Below are positions 26,980 through 37,075 of a DNA stretch of 44,261 nucleotides, one piece after another (within the stretch, counting starts at the first letter, position 1; each line of letters starts with the position of its first letter). The translations under genes were made by a program, and so were the position numbers. This DNA is from Dongiaceae bacterium (lineage in GTDB: Bacteria > Pseudomonadota > Alphaproteobacteria > Dongiales > Dongiaceae): assembly GCA_035545355.1 (NCBI GenBank), contig DASZYM010000118.1, positions 1 to 44,261 on the forward strand, in the 5' to 3' direction. Under the pieces are notes generated by a model. It was not told where the DNA came from, made no database searches, and was given only the letters and a program-made list of their open reading frames with translations.

Positions 26980-27295
26980 CCTTCGCGATTCGGCCGGCTG
27001 AGCGATCCCGGACTCGGTCTCATATCCGTGCCGCGATCGGCGCTGGCCGGCCAAGACCGCCGCCGGCGAGTCCCGCTTTTGCTATTGCCTTGGGTCAAGA
27101 AGGCTGAGCAATCTCTTACCGGCGATCGCCTGCTTGGGCTGCCACGACAGGCCTTTGATATTGCACCGAAAATGCAGCGGCGCATTCATTCAGAAACGAT
27201 CTGGCTGCTGATCATCGTCGTCGCGCTGGTCTGCGTGTCGAGCTCGCTCATGGCCTTGCTGTGGCATTAATCGGCCGAGGGCCGGCGCATCGACA

Positions 27296-28504
27296 TCAGG
27301 GGTTGGCCGTCTTATCCAGCAGGTCCTGAAGCGCCATCCGCGCACTTTCCTGGCTCGGCGCGACGGCGCGAACCTCCCGCAATGCCTTGTCGATCGCGTC
27401 ATCGACGGTCGCCCACGCTTCCGCATTCATGGGCCGCAGGCGAGCCTCGGCACTGTCCCAGGCGAACTCGATATCGTTGGCATGGCCATTGGCCTTCGCC
27501 CAGTCGCCTGCATTCACCGATTCAAGCATGGCTTGGGTCATGCCGCGGAACGAGGACAGGTCTCCGAGCGGCGCGGATTGATCGGCCGGGCCGGCGGCGG
27601 ACGCCATTTGCCGGAGCTGGTCCACGCGCCAGAGGTAGCCGCCGGTCGAAGCCACCAGGAAGAGAGCGGCGACCGCCGCGACTTGCGCGACGACGGATGA
27701 ACGCGATCGGCTTTCGGGCCGATCCTCCGCGACGGTTGCCTGCGTCACGTCCGCCTTCGAGACGGCGAGATAGAGGACGGTGGCGACGATTCCGATCGTG
27801 AACAGCACGGTCGTCACCGTCGCTCCGAGCCCGAGGCCGCCATGGGCTTGCGACTGCGTGAGATAGTCGCCCAGAGAGGCGCCCAGCGGCCGTGTCATGA
27901 TGTAGATGACCCAGAAGGCCAGGATTGAGTCGAGCCCGAACTGCCAGGCAACGGCAAAGATCGCGACGATCGCCACGATGATCATCCCGGTCGTGCCGTA
28001 ACCGAGGCCGAGCGCCTCGGCCATGAGGTCGCCGGCCGCCGTGCCGAGCGCGAAGGTGAACAGGACGGCCAGCCAGTAGAACGCCTCGCGGCGGAACGTG
28101 AAGATCGAATGGATCGAGAGCGTCTGCTCCTGCCGGTACCACACGGCGAAGGTCACAAGGAGCAGCGCGCTGAAGATCGCGGTGCTGTATTCGAGCGGAA
28201 AGCCCAGGGCATCCGTCAGATTATCCGTGACGAGCGTGCCGAAGATGCTGATCAGGACGACGTTCAGCCAGTAGACGATCGGCACGTAGCGCCTGGTGCG
28301 AAACTGCACGATCAAGGCGACGGCGAGGAGAATTCCCGCCGCGACCGACGTGCCGGTCAGGCCGAAGTTAAGATTCACATTGAGGAAATCCGACGCGGTC
28401 TCTCCGACAGTCGTGCAGAGGATCTTGATGATCCAGAAGAAGATGGTCACTTCCGGGACCTTGTTCAGCATCCTGCTGCGATCGATCGCCACGGCATCCG
28501 TCAT
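27296..28504 (-). CDS. COG4705/DUF347 membrane protein with a C-terminal helical extracytoplasmic extension
   Basis: NKVPEVTIFFWIIKILCTTVGETASD, GTLVTD, REAFYWLAVLFTFALGTAAGD, TRPLGASLGD; tail WDSAEARLRP....W..VDDAIDKAL. Confidence 0.9.
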   Translation of the reverse strand: MTDAVAIDRSRMLNKVPEVTIFFWIIKILCTTVGETASDFLNVNLNFGLTGTSVAAGILLAVALIVQFRTRRYVPIVYWLNVVLISIFGTLVTDNLTDALGFPLEYSTAIFSALLLVTFAVWYRQEQTLSIHSIFTFRREAFYWLAVLFTFALGTAAGDLMAEALGLGYGTTGMIIVAIVAIFAVAWQFGLDSILAFWVIYIMTRPLGASLGDYLTQSQAHGGLGLGATVTTVLFTIGIVATVLYLAVSKADVTQATVAEDRPESRSRSSVVAQVAAVAALFLVASTGGYLWRVDQLRQMASAAGPADQSAPLGDLSSFRGMTQAMLESVNAGDWAKANGHANDIEFAWDSAEARLRPMNAEAWATVDDAIDKALREVRAVAPSQESARMALQDLLDKTANP

Positions 28505-28545
28505 CGCGGGAATCCTCCGTCATATTGGAAATAAGACGAGCAGCG

Positions 28546-30096
28546 CTAGTCGCCCTGCTCCAGCCATTGCTCGGTGTCCGCGTCGGTCCACTGTCCGGGC
28601 GCGACCAGCAGATAGTCGACGGTGAGCTGTCGAGGCTTGGGGCCGACGAAGAAGCTTTCGCTTCCGTGCGGGAACTGGGCGATCAAGGTCTGGCTCGGCT
28701 GCCAGCTCGAGCCTTCGGTCCAGACGACGAGCGCGCCCTGGCGCCGCAGGCGAGATTCGGTGATCGCCGGCGAGCGCTGCAGGTCGAGATCGGTGAACAG
28801 CGACGGGCGACCGGTGCTCATCAATCCGACGATGCCGGCGGTCCAGCCGTCGCCGGCGACGATCTGCAGCGGACCGCCGGTCCACTTCTGCCAGAGCCCG
28901 TCGAAGCGTGCGGCGATCTCCGATGCCGGCCACAAGGTTCGCCCGATATGCCCGGTCGCCCGGTGCTGAACGGCCGAGTCCAGATGGATGCCCAGCACGC
29001 AGAGGCTTGCGGTGAGGGCCAGGAGGGCATGAGGCAGGCCGGCTTTGACCCGGCCTTCCGGCAGCGCCCGGAGGCGACTTACGAGCCCAACCAGGACCAG
29101 GCCGATCATGCTGAACATCGGCGCCGCCCATTCGAGCCTCGCCGGCTTGACCAGAGCGATCATCAGCGTCAGCAGGATCGGCCCTCCGCCCATCAGGAGA
29201 AGGAAGACGAAAGCGCGACGATCGCCGCCTGGCGCCGGCTCGACCGTCCGTCGCTGCCACAATCGATTCAAGCCAAGGCTCACGATCAAAGCGCCGGCCA
29301 TGGTCGACACCGTCTCGCCCACGTCGCGCAGGAAATGCAGCCCGGAAATGCCGCGCTTGGCCGATTCGTGCGAAACCCATTCGATGGAGCCGAAGCCGGT
29401 CGCACCGAGGGCAACGGCAAGCGGAAGCAGAAGGACGACGAACATCAACAACGCAATGTAGAGCGTGCGATTGTTGAAACGCGATCGGGCCTCCCCATCC
29501 ACCAGGATCCAGACGGCGCCCAGCCCGATCACCATGGCCATGGTGAACTTGGCGTAGAGGCCCAGCGCGGCAAACACCGCGGTGAAAATCCACCAGGGCA
29601 GCCGGTCGCTTCGCGATGCGCGCCATAGCCCGAGGATGAATCCGACCCAGAGAGGAAGCTGGGCGATGTTGTGGTTGTACTTCAGCGTTCCGAGGGTGAG
29701 ATACGAGACGGCGGGCAGGAGCAGCGTTCCCAGCAGCGCCTCGCCGGGCCCCATCAGGTCGCGCCCGAGCATGAAGACGAAGACGTAGGTCGCGGCAATG
29801 CAAAGCTGCGCCAGCAGCAGCGAGACCCACAGATGGGTCCCGAAAACGTCATAGGCGAATCCCAGCAGCCAGGCAGGAAGCCCCGGATGCTTGTAGTTCA
29901 CGATGAACCAGTCGCGCGCCCAGAGCGCCAGCTCGACCGTGTTCGAAGGCGGCGCGGTGAAGACCGTCGCCGGCAGCCCGGTCCAGGCGACGGCCTGGAC
30001 GACGAGGAACAGCGCCAGCAGCGACCATTCATCGAGCGTTCTCGATCCGCGAAGGCTCAGATCGTGGCTGCGCGGCGTCACGTCGACGGCGGTCAT
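28546..30096 (-). CDS. GT-C membrane glycosyltransferase (GT39/ArnT/RgtA-like, polyprenyl-phosphate sugar donor)
   Basis: E...W......Y.KHPGLPAWL, YNHN, ALGLYAKFT, multiple TM segments. Start ATG 30096 after GAGGGAG. Confidence 0.82.
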   Translation of the reverse strand: MTAVDVTPRSHDLSLRGSRTLDEWSLLALFLVVQAVAWTGLPATVFTAPPSNTVELALWARDWFIVNYKHPGLPAWLLGFAYDVFGTHLWVSLLLAQLCIAATYVFVFMLGRDLMGPGEALLGTLLLPAVSYLTLGTLKYNHNIAQLPLWVGFILGLWRASRSDRLPWWIFTAVFAALGLYAKFTMAMVIGLGAVWILVDGEARSRFNNRTLYIALLMFVVLLLPLAVALGATGFGSIEWVSHESAKRGISGLHFLRDVGETVSTMAGALIVSLGLNRLWQRRTVEPAPGGDRRAFVFLLLMGGGPILLTLMIALVKPARLEWAAPMFSMIGLVLVGLVSRLRALPEGRVKAGLPHALLALTASLCVLGIHLDSAVQHRATGHIGRTLWPASEIAARFDGLWQKWTGGPLQIVAGDGWTAGIVGLMSTGRPSLFTDLDLQRSPAITESRLRRQGALVVWTEGSSWQPSQTLIAQFPHGSESFFVGPKPRQLTVDYLLVAPGQWTDADTEQWLEQGD

Positions 30097-30296
30097 GGTT
30101 CGGCTCCCTCGATGCGAGAGCAGCGCTTTTAGAGCGATGATCTGAGCGAAGGCTGACGCACGCGCCGCCTTGCACCGCTCCCGGTCCAAAAAGTTCCCGG
30201 GCCACGCGGCGATGCAGACCTCTGTCCGGTTCTTGTCAGGTTCCGCTCTTAAACCTGCCAACCAGCTTTCCAATGGCGTGTGTAGCAGGGAATCCC

Positions 30297-31049
30297 ATGG
30301 ACAACGGAAACGGGGCGACGCCGCGACAAGCGGAGCGTTGGCTGAGCACCGAGACGGAGACTTCCTCGCCGCCCCGTCGCCTCGGGGAAAGGCTGCGGGA
30401 TCTTTGGCTGACGATCTGGCGCGGTCGGCCCGAGGAGCGCTATGCAAAACGGACGCTCCGTCGCATGGCCAGCGGCAAGCTCCGCGACACGCTCGGCCTC
30501 GAGGTCCGCGACGAAGCCGCGACCAGAGCGAAGGCGGAGCGCTGGCTGGCGCAGATGATCGAGCTCGGCCTGCGGCCCGATCACCTGTGCATCGAATACG
30601 GATGCGGCTCGTTGTGGTGCGCCGAGCCCTTCATCCGATACCTCGCGCCCAGCCGCTTCGTCGGGCTCGACGTGACCGACGGCTTCTACGCTCTGGGGCG
30701 CCAGCGGCTGGGGGCGCTGCTCGAGCAGAAGAAAGTCCAGCTCGACGTCATTTCGCGGAACAGCTTGCGCGAGGCCGCGGTGTTGAGACCCGATTTCGTG
30801 TTTTCACACCGCGTGCTGCATCATGTTCCGCTGCGCGGCCTGGCGCGCTACATGCGGAACATCTGCTCGCTGCTCGATGACCGGACGATCCTGGTGATCG
30901 AGCACATGCCGCGCCCGCTGCGCGGCCAGTCGATCAAGGCACCCCGCTATGAGGTCGCACACCTTCAGCCGCACCTGCCATCGGGCTGGGTCTGCGAACG
31001 CCGTCCTTTCGGCTTCGTCATCACGCGCCGCGGAGCAGCCGAAGCCTAG
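30297..31049 (+). CDS. Class I SAM-dependent methyltransferase
   Basis: IEYGCGS (motif I), FVGLDV, PDFVFSHRVLHHVP. Confidence 0.75.
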   Translation: MDNGNGATPRQAERWLSTETETSSPPRRLGERLRDLWLTIWRGRPEERYAKRTLRRMASGKLRDTLGLEVRDEAATRAKAERWLAQMIELGLRPDHLCIEYGCGSLWCAEPFIRYLAPSRFVGLDVTDGFYALGRQRLGALLEQKKVQLDVISRNSLREAAVLRPDFVFSHRVLHHVPLRGLARYMRNICSLLDDRTILVIEHMPRPLRGQSIKAPRYEVAHLQPHLPSGWVCERRPFGFVITRRGAAEA

Positions 31050-31963
31050 TCCGACGATCGCTGAGTTTCCTCGGCGGCCCCGGCGGCCATGGATTTCAGG
31101 CTCTGGATGAAGCTGCGAACAGCCGGTCCCCGCTCGCTGCGGCGATATCCGAGGACGAGCTCGGCGCCGCTCTTGAGGTCGGTCGGGCGATAGCAGACGC
31201 CCGGGAGATGGATCTGCGAGAAGGATGCCGGCACCGCGGCCACGCCGAGCCCGGCGCTCACCAGGGTGACGATCGTGAGGTAGTCGGGGGCGCGATGCAC
31301 GATCTGCGGGTTGAACCCGCCTTGCTCGGCGATGGCCCCGACATAGCCGCTGAACGCGAACTCGGACTCGACCGAGGGCATGATGAACCGCTCGCCGGCG
31401 AGACTCTCGCACTGGACGATCTCGCATTCCGCCAGCGGATGCTTCGCCTGCATGGCGAGGAGGATCGGCTGATGCCCCAGGCGCATGCCCATCAGGCCGA
31501 CCGGATACCGGTTGGGCGGACGCATGAAGCCCGCATCGATATGCCCTTCGGCCAGATAGATGAGCTGCTGGGGCGATTCCAGGCGCTGCAGATGCAGCTC
31601 GACCAGCGGATAGCGCGCATGGAACATGGAGATCGCATGCGCCACCGTACCGGAGCACGCGGAAGAGGTCGTATAGGCGATCTCGATGCGGCCGACCTCG
31701 CCGCGTCCGGCCTGCTTTCCGACCTGCACGGTGTGCTCGGCCTGCTGGACCGTCTTGCGCGCCTCTTCGAGGAAGCGCTGCCCCGCATCGGTCAACTGGA
31801 CGGACCGTTTCGTGCGGTTGAGCAGACGGGCTCCGAGCTCGGCTTCCAGCGCCTGGATCTGCTGGGTCAGCGATGGCGGCGTGATGTGGAGCCGCTCGGC
31901 GGCGCGGGCGAAATGAAGCTCCTCCGCCACCGCGACAAAATACCGAAGATGCCGGAGCTCCAT
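31046..31963 (-). CDS. LysR family regulator (BenM/HcaR/AlsR-like)
   Basis: MELRHLRYFVAVAEELHFARAAERLHITPPSLTQQIQALEAELG; LVSAGLGVA.VP. Confidence 0.95.
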   Translation of the reverse strand: MELRHLRYFVAVAEELHFARAAERLHITPPSLTQQIQALEAELGARLLNRTKRSVQLTDAGQRFLEEARKTVQQAEHTVQVGKQAGRGEVGRIEIAYTTSSACSGTVAHAISMFHARYPLVELHLQRLESPQQLIYLAEGHIDAGFMRPPNRYPVGLMGMRLGHQPILLAMQAKHPLAECEIVQCESLAGERFIMPSVESEFAFSGYVGAIAEQGGFNPQIVHRAPDYLTIVTLVSAGLGVAAVPASFSQIHLPGVCYRPTDLKSGAELVLGYRRSERGPAVRSFIQSLKSMAAGAAEETQRSSD

Positions 31964-32090
31964 CGTCACCTCGCGCCCGCCCGACGGCCCCGGGCCGGCC
32001 GCGCCCTTGCTTGCATTCGCCCGATCCTAGCAAAGGAGGACGCCGGCCGCCATGAACCGGCCGGCGTCCCTGCCGCGCGGATTGCGGGGA

Positions 32091-33479
32091 TCAAGCCTTC
32101 GCGCGCGGCGCCAGAAGCCGGGCGAGCTCGCCGAGATCCGACTGGTCCTCAAGCGACTTCACGAGGCGGGCGATCCCCACGCTGGCATCCCGGCCCAGCC
32201 GCGGCACCACCAGCGCCGTGAACTTCTCCTCGAGATCGGCCCAGGGCGCGCCGCCCGATTCCCAGTGTCCCGGGGGAAGCTGCTCGTCCGCCCGCACCGT
32301 CCGGCCATCCTGCGTCGTGATCTCCACCCAGGCGGCACGGCTGGTCGGCGCGCGGCGGTCGATATCGGGATCGCGAAAGATCTGGACCACGCTGCGCAAG
32401 CGCTTCACTTCGGGCTTCTCGAGCGCCGCCTCGTCATGGGCATCCTCATAGCCGAGCTTGCCGAGGAACATGCCGAGGCTGAGCATCGCCTGCAGGCTGA
32501 TGCTCGGCGTGTCGCGTGAGTCGACGATCCCGGCGCTCTGCGTGCCCATGCCGACGCGGACCTTCGCAACCTGGTCGGACTTGATGCCGTGGTTGCGCAG
32601 CAGGCTGAGCGCGCCATAGAGCGGCGCGTGGATCGGATAGCCGGCGGAGTAGTATTTGAATCCGGTATCGGTGACGCTGAAATAGGATCCCAGCCTGGCC
32701 GTGATCTCGCCCACATCGGCGCGATCGGTCCACCAGAGATCCATGATCCCGTGCCGGCTCTCCAGGATGCGCTCGTTGCCCTCGAGCCCGTTATAGGCGA
32801 GCATCGCCCCGGTCACGCCGGCATAGGCCGACTGCCCGTGGGTCATCGCCTTGGTCATATGGTTGCTCTCGTCCATGAAAGCGGCCGGCGACGAGATGTT
32901 CATCGAGGCCAGGGCCAGCGCATGCCGCATCTGCTCGGGCTTGAGCCGAAGCAGACGCCCGGCGGCGGCGGCCGCGCCGATCGCGTAGAGCGCGCTGCTA
33001 TGGCTGTGATGGGTGTCCATCACCGCCTGCCGGCCGCCGGCGGCGGCCATCATGCGGGCGCCGATATCGTGCATCAGCACGACCGCATTGATGAATTCCT
33101 TGCCGCCGAGTTTCAGCGATTCGCAGAGCGCGAGGCCCGTCGCGATGGCGATGCATGCCGGATGGCCCCAGCTGATATGCGAGGAATCCATCTCGTCGGC
33201 ATGGCCGGCGGTGCCGTTCGCCAAGGCCGCGTAGCCGGCAGGCGCCTTCAGATCGCCGCCGATCACGGTGGCCTGTGGCAATCCGCCGATCGAGGCCACG
33301 AACTTGCGCATGACCTGGGCGGAATCGATCGTGCTGCCCAACACCATGCATCCCAGCGTATCGAGGATCACCCGCTTGGCGCAGTCCACCACGCTGGCCG
33401 GCAAGGCTTCGAATGTGGAGCCGCAGCTATATGCGCAGACGATCTCCGTCGCCTTGCTGTCTCGGATAGAAGCTTTCAT
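32091..33479 (-). CDS. MmgE/PrpD family protein (2-methylcitrate dehydratase / iminodisuccinate epimerase fold)
   Basis: ILDTLGC..G, AALANGTAGHADEMD..H, GHP, FKYY....PIH, PPGH, LEEKF. Confidence 0.92.
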   Translation of the reverse strand: MKASIRDSKATEIVCAYSCGSTFEALPASVVDCAKRVILDTLGCMVLGSTIDSAQVMRKFVASIGGLPQATVIGGDLKAPAGYAALANGTAGHADEMDSSHISWGHPACIAIATGLALCESLKLGGKEFINAVVLMHDIGARMMAAAGGRQAVMDTHHSHSSALYAIGAAAAAGRLLRLKPEQMRHALALASMNISSPAAFMDESNHMTKAMTHGQSAYAGVTGAMLAYNGLEGNERILESRHGIMDLWWTDRADVGEITARLGSYFSVTDTGFKYYSAGYPIHAPLYGALSLLRNHGIKSDQVAKVRVGMGTQSAGIVDSRDTPSISLQAMLSLGMFLGKLGYEDAHDEAALEKPEVKRLRSVVQIFRDPDIDRRAPTSRAAWVEITTQDGRTVRADEQLPPGHWESGGAPWADLEEKFTALVVPRLGRDASVGIARLVKSLEDQSDLGELARLLAPRAKA

Positions 33480-33494
33480 CGAGGCTCAGGTCCT

Positions 33495-34337
33495 TCACTG
33501 TGTTCGGGTATCGACGAGGGGCTCGCTGGGAAGCGCCAGGTGCGAGCCCAGGAGAAGCCGCGTGTATTCGTGCGCCGGCGCCGCGAAAATGCGATCGGGC
33601 GGCCCTTCCTCGACGATCTCGCCGCGATGCATGATCGCGACCCGATCGGCGAGCACCTTCGCCACGCTGAGGTCATGGGTGACGAAGAGAACGGTGAAGC
33701 CGAGCTCGGCGCGCCGGGTGATGATGAGGTTGATGATCTCGGCGGCGGCGGAAACGTCCAGCGAGGAAACCGCCTCATCGGCGACGAGGAACTGCGGGCG
33801 GGTCGACAAGGCCCGGGCGATCGCCACCCTCTGCCGCTCGCCGCCCGATAAAGCATGGGGCAGGCGCGCGGCATAATGTGCCGGAAGCGCGACGCTCTCC
33901 AGCAGCCGCGCGACTTCGGCGGCGATTTCCCCGCGCGGCACCACATTCCAGACCGAGAGCGGCTCGGCCAGCGCATCGCCGACCGTCATGCGCGGATTGA
34001 GGCTGCTATATGGATTCTGAAAGACGACGCCGACCTGCCGGCGATAGGCCCGCAGGGCGGCGCCGCGGATCCTGGTCACGTCGGCGCCCTTGAACCAGAT
34101 CCTGCCTGCGGTCGGATCGATCAGCCGCACCATGATGCGGCCGAGCGTGCTCTTGCCCGAGCCGCTGCCGCCGACCAGCGCCAGGACCTCGCCGTGATTG
34201 ACCGTCAGGTCGATGCCCCGCAGGGCGAAGAAATCCTCGCGCTGCGCACCGCTCCGACGGTAGCGCTTGACGATGTTCTCCACCCGGAGCAGCGGCGCGG
34301 GCTCTTGCGCCATGGCGCGATCCGGCGCCGCGCTCAT
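33495..34337 (-). CDS. Peptide/nickel ABC transporter ATPase (DppF/OppF type)
   Basis: GGSGSGKST, VFQNPYSSLNPRM, LSGGERQR, ADEAVSSLD. Confidence 0.93.
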   Translation of the reverse strand: MSAAPDRAMAQEPAPLLRVENIVKRYRRSGAQREDFFALRGIDLTVNHGEVLALVGGSGSGKSTLGRIMVRLIDPTAGRIWFKGADVTRIRGAALRAYRRQVGVVFQNPYSSLNPRMTVGDALAEPLSVWNVVPRGEIAAEVARLLESVALPAHYAARLPHALSGGERQRVAIARALSTRPQFLVADEAVSSLDVSAAAEIINLIITRRAELGFTVLFVTHDLSVAKVLADRVAIMHRGEIVEEGPPDRIFAAPAHEYTRLLLGSHLALPSEPLVDTRTQ

Positions 34338-35188
34338 GGCACGACCGGCCGCGCCGGATCGGCGGAGGCGCGCGATGGAAGGGTATAGAGAAGGCCGGAT
34401 TCCGTCCTCTGCTTGCGGCTGACCCTGACCAGGCCCTTGGTATATTCGTGCCGGGGATTGGCCAATACCTCGCGGGTCGGGCCGAATTCCACGAGGTCGC
34501 CGCGATAGAGCACGGCGACCTGCTCGCTGACATGATGGATCACGCCGAGATCGTGGCTGACCACGATGAGCCCCAGCCCGCGCGACTTCTGCACGCGCAG
34601 CAGAAGATCGAGGATCCGCCGCTGGCTGATCGTATCGAGGTCCGAGGTTGATTCGTCGGCGATCAGGAAGGACGGCCCCGGCGCGAGCGCCGTGGCGATC
34701 ATGATGCGCTGCCGCATGCCGCCGGAAAGCTCGTGCGGAAAACTGTGCAGGCGATCCCGGGGGATATCCAGCTCCTCCAGCATCTCGCCGGCCTGGCGGC
34801 TCGCCTCGGAACGGCCCATCCCCGGGTGATGCTGACGGATGGTCTGCACGAATTGCGAATGGATCGAGAAGACGGGGTTCAGCGCCGCGAGGGAATCCTG
34901 GAACACCATCCCGATCCGACGGCCGCGGATCGCGCGCATCTCCTGCTCCGGCAGCCGCAGCACGTCCGTGTCGCCGAGGGTGATCCGCCCCATGACCTGC
35001 GTCCCGGCCGGGAGCAGCCGGATGGCGGCGAGACCGATGGTCGATTTGCCCGAGCCCGATTCTCCGACGATGCCCAGGGTTCGGCCCACCTCGACGGCCA
35101 GGGTCACGTGGCGCACCGCCGCCACCGGCCTGGTCCGCGGCGTATAGGTGATGGTGACATCCTCGAAGGCGAGACGATCAGGTTCCAT
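34334..35188 (-). CDS. Peptide/nickel ABC transporter ATPase (DppD/OppD type)
   Basis: GESGSGKST, VFQD..AALNPV, PHELSGGMRQR, PRHEYTKGL. Start set at ATG 35188. Confidence 0.93.
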   Translation of the reverse strand: MEPDRLAFEDVTITYTPRTRPVAAVRHVTLAVEVGRTLGIVGESGSGKSTIGLAAIRLLPAGTQVMGRITLGDTDVLRLPEQEMRAIRGRRIGMVFQDSLAALNPVFSIHSQFVQTIRQHHPGMGRSEASRQAGEMLEELDIPRDRLHSFPHELSGGMRQRIMIATALAPGPSFLIADESTSDLDTISQRRILDLLLRVQKSRGLGLIVVSHDLGVIHHVSEQVAVLYRGDLVEFGPTREVLANPRHEYTKGLVRVSRKQRTESGLLYTLPSRASADPARPVVP

Positions 35189-36089
35189 CGCCCTGCACCA
35201 CCAGTTCGCGGACATCGAAGGCATCGCGCAGGCCGTCGCCGACGAAGCTGAAGGCCAGCGTGACCAGGGTGAGCACCGTGCCCGGGATCACCGGCACCCA
35301 CCACGCATATTGGAGATAGGGCTGCCCTTCGGCGATCATATTGCCCCAGCTTGCATCGGGAGGCTGGATCCCGGCGCCGACATAGCTGAGCCCCGCCTCC
35401 GCCAAAGCGAGACGGCCCATGTTCCCGGTCGACAGCACCAGGACCGGCACGATGATGTTCGGCAGCACGTGGCGCAGCAGGATGCGCGAGGTCGGAATGC
35501 CGAGCGCGATCACCCCCTGGATGTATTCGCGCGGTCTGATGCCGATCGTCCCGGCCCGCGCCAGCCGGCCGACCATCGGCACCGTCGCGATCGAAGTGGC
35601 CGCGATCACGGTGAAGAGCGAGCCGCCGAACGCCGCCATCACGATGATGCCGAGCAGCAGCGTCGGGAAGGAGAGCAGCACGTCGAACACGCGGGTGATG
35701 GCATCGTCGAGGAAACCGCCGCGATATCCCGAGACGACACCGAGGAAGACGCCGATGGTCAGCGAAACGGCCGTCGCCATCACCGCGACCAGCAGCGAGA
35801 CCCGGCCGCCGGCGAGGACCCGGGCCAGCATGTCCCGTCCGAGCTGGTCGGTGCCGAGGATGAAATCGGCGCCGGGCGGCTTCAGCCGGGCCGTCACATC
35901 GGCGACGTTCGGGTCGACCGAGAACCACGGCCCGACGATCACCGCCGCCAGGACCGCGAACAGCCAGCAGAGCGAAACCATGGCCAGCGTATTGCTGGTG
36001 AAGCGGCGCCTTGGATCGGAGTTCCAGAAACGGCGGTGGATGAGCGGCCGTTTCTGCATGTCGATCGGAAGGGCGAGGCTCGACTTCAT
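35178..36089 (-). CDS. Peptide/nickel ABC permease (DppC type)
   Basis: LGTDQLGRD, GGRVSL, RILLRHVLPN, SWGNMI, GDGLRDAFD. Confidence 0.93.
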   Translation of the reverse strand: MKSSLALPIDMQKRPLIHRRFWNSDPRRRFTSNTLAMVSLCWLFAVLAAVIVGPWFSVDPNVADVTARLKPPGADFILGTDQLGRDMLARVLAGGRVSLLVAVMATAVSLTIGVFLGVVSGYRGGFLDDAITRVFDVLLSFPTLLLGIIVMAAFGGSLFTVIAATSIATVPMVGRLARAGTIGIRPREYIQGVIALGIPTSRILLRHVLPNIIVPVLVLSTGNMGRLALAEAGLSYVGAGIQPPDASWGNMIAEGQPYLQYAWWVPVIPGTVLTLVTLAFSFVGDGLRDAFDVRELVVQGDGT

Positions 36090-36096
36090 ATCTATC

Positions 36097-37023
36097 TCAG
36101 GCCTGGCGCACGCGCGGGTCGATCACGAGATGCAGCACGTCGACCAGGGTGTTGATCGCGACCACGAAGATCAGCAGCACCAGGATCGAGCCGGAGATCA
36201 GCGGGAAGTCGTGGTATTTCAGGCCGGTGAAGAGGAGTTGGCCCAGCCCGGGCCGCGCGAACACCGTCTCGACCAGGATCACGCTGCCGATCATGCCGGC
36301 GGAATCCGCGCCGAACACGGTGACGGCCGAGACCAGCGCGTTGCGGCCCGCGAGCTTGAGCAGGATCGCGCGCTCGTTGATGCCGCGGGCGCGCGCCGCC
36401 CGGATGTAGTCCTCGTTGAGCGAGTCGAGCAAAGCGGCGCGCAACACGCGCGTGCTGCTTCCCGCGGTGTTGACGCCGAGCACGATGGCCGGCGCGATCA
36501 GATGCCAGAAGTCCGGCGGCGTGCCTCGGCCGGAGATCGGGATGAGGTGAAGATAGAATCCCAGCACCAGGATCAGGACGATGCCGAGATAGAAGCTGGG
36601 GATCGAGACGCCGCAGACCACGAAACCGCGGATCGCGGTGTCCAGCCAGCCGTTCTTGAAGCGCGCCGCCAGGAAGCCCAGCGGCAAGGTGATGATCAGG
36701 GCGACAACCAGCCCCGACGCGATCAGGGCGACGCTCGACGGCAACACGTCGAGCAGCAGCTTGCTGACCGGATCGCGGTAGCGGAACGAATCGCCGAGAT
36801 CGCCCTGGGCCAGCCCGACGACGTATTTCTCGAACTGGATCGGCAGCGGCTGGTCGAGGCCGAGCTTCGCTTCGATGTTCGCGCGCACCTCGGGCGTGAC
36901 GTAATCGGCGATCAGCAATTGCGCCGGCGAGGTCGGGCTGAGATGGATCACCGCAAACAGGATCAGCGCCACCCCGATCAGCACGACCGGGAGCAGCACG
37001 ATCCGCTTCAGAATGACCTTCAC
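36097..37023 (-). CDS. Peptide/nickel ABC permease (DppB type)
   Basis: LGLDQPL, GDLGDS, DYIRAARARG, ETVFARPGLG, DPRVR. Confidence 0.93.
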   Translation of the reverse strand: MKVILKRIVLLPVVLIGVALILFAVIHLSPTSPAQLLIADYVTPEVRANIEAKLGLDQPLPIQFEKYVVGLAQGDLGDSFRYRDPVSKLLLDVLPSSVALIASGLVVALIITLPLGFLAARFKNGWLDTAIRGFVVCGVSIPSFYLGIVLILVLGFYLHLIPISGRGTPPDFWHLIAPAIVLGVNTAGSSTRVLRAALLDSLNEDYIRAARARGINERAILLKLAGRNALVSAVTVFGADSAGMIGSVILVETVFARPGLGQLLFTGLKYHDFPLISGSILVLLIFVVAINTLVDVLHLVIDPRVRQA

Positions 37024-37075
37024 CTCCGCACCCCCGGGCGGCGGCCGTGGGTGCGTCCCTTGCGTTCCGGACCCA

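Noticed and set aside
23241-30275. Shared TTGGAAAG / GCCTTGG words upstream of envelope-module genes as a response-regulator box
   Set aside because: Too short and inconsistently spaced to separate from chance without a motif search; no two-component system is in the window.
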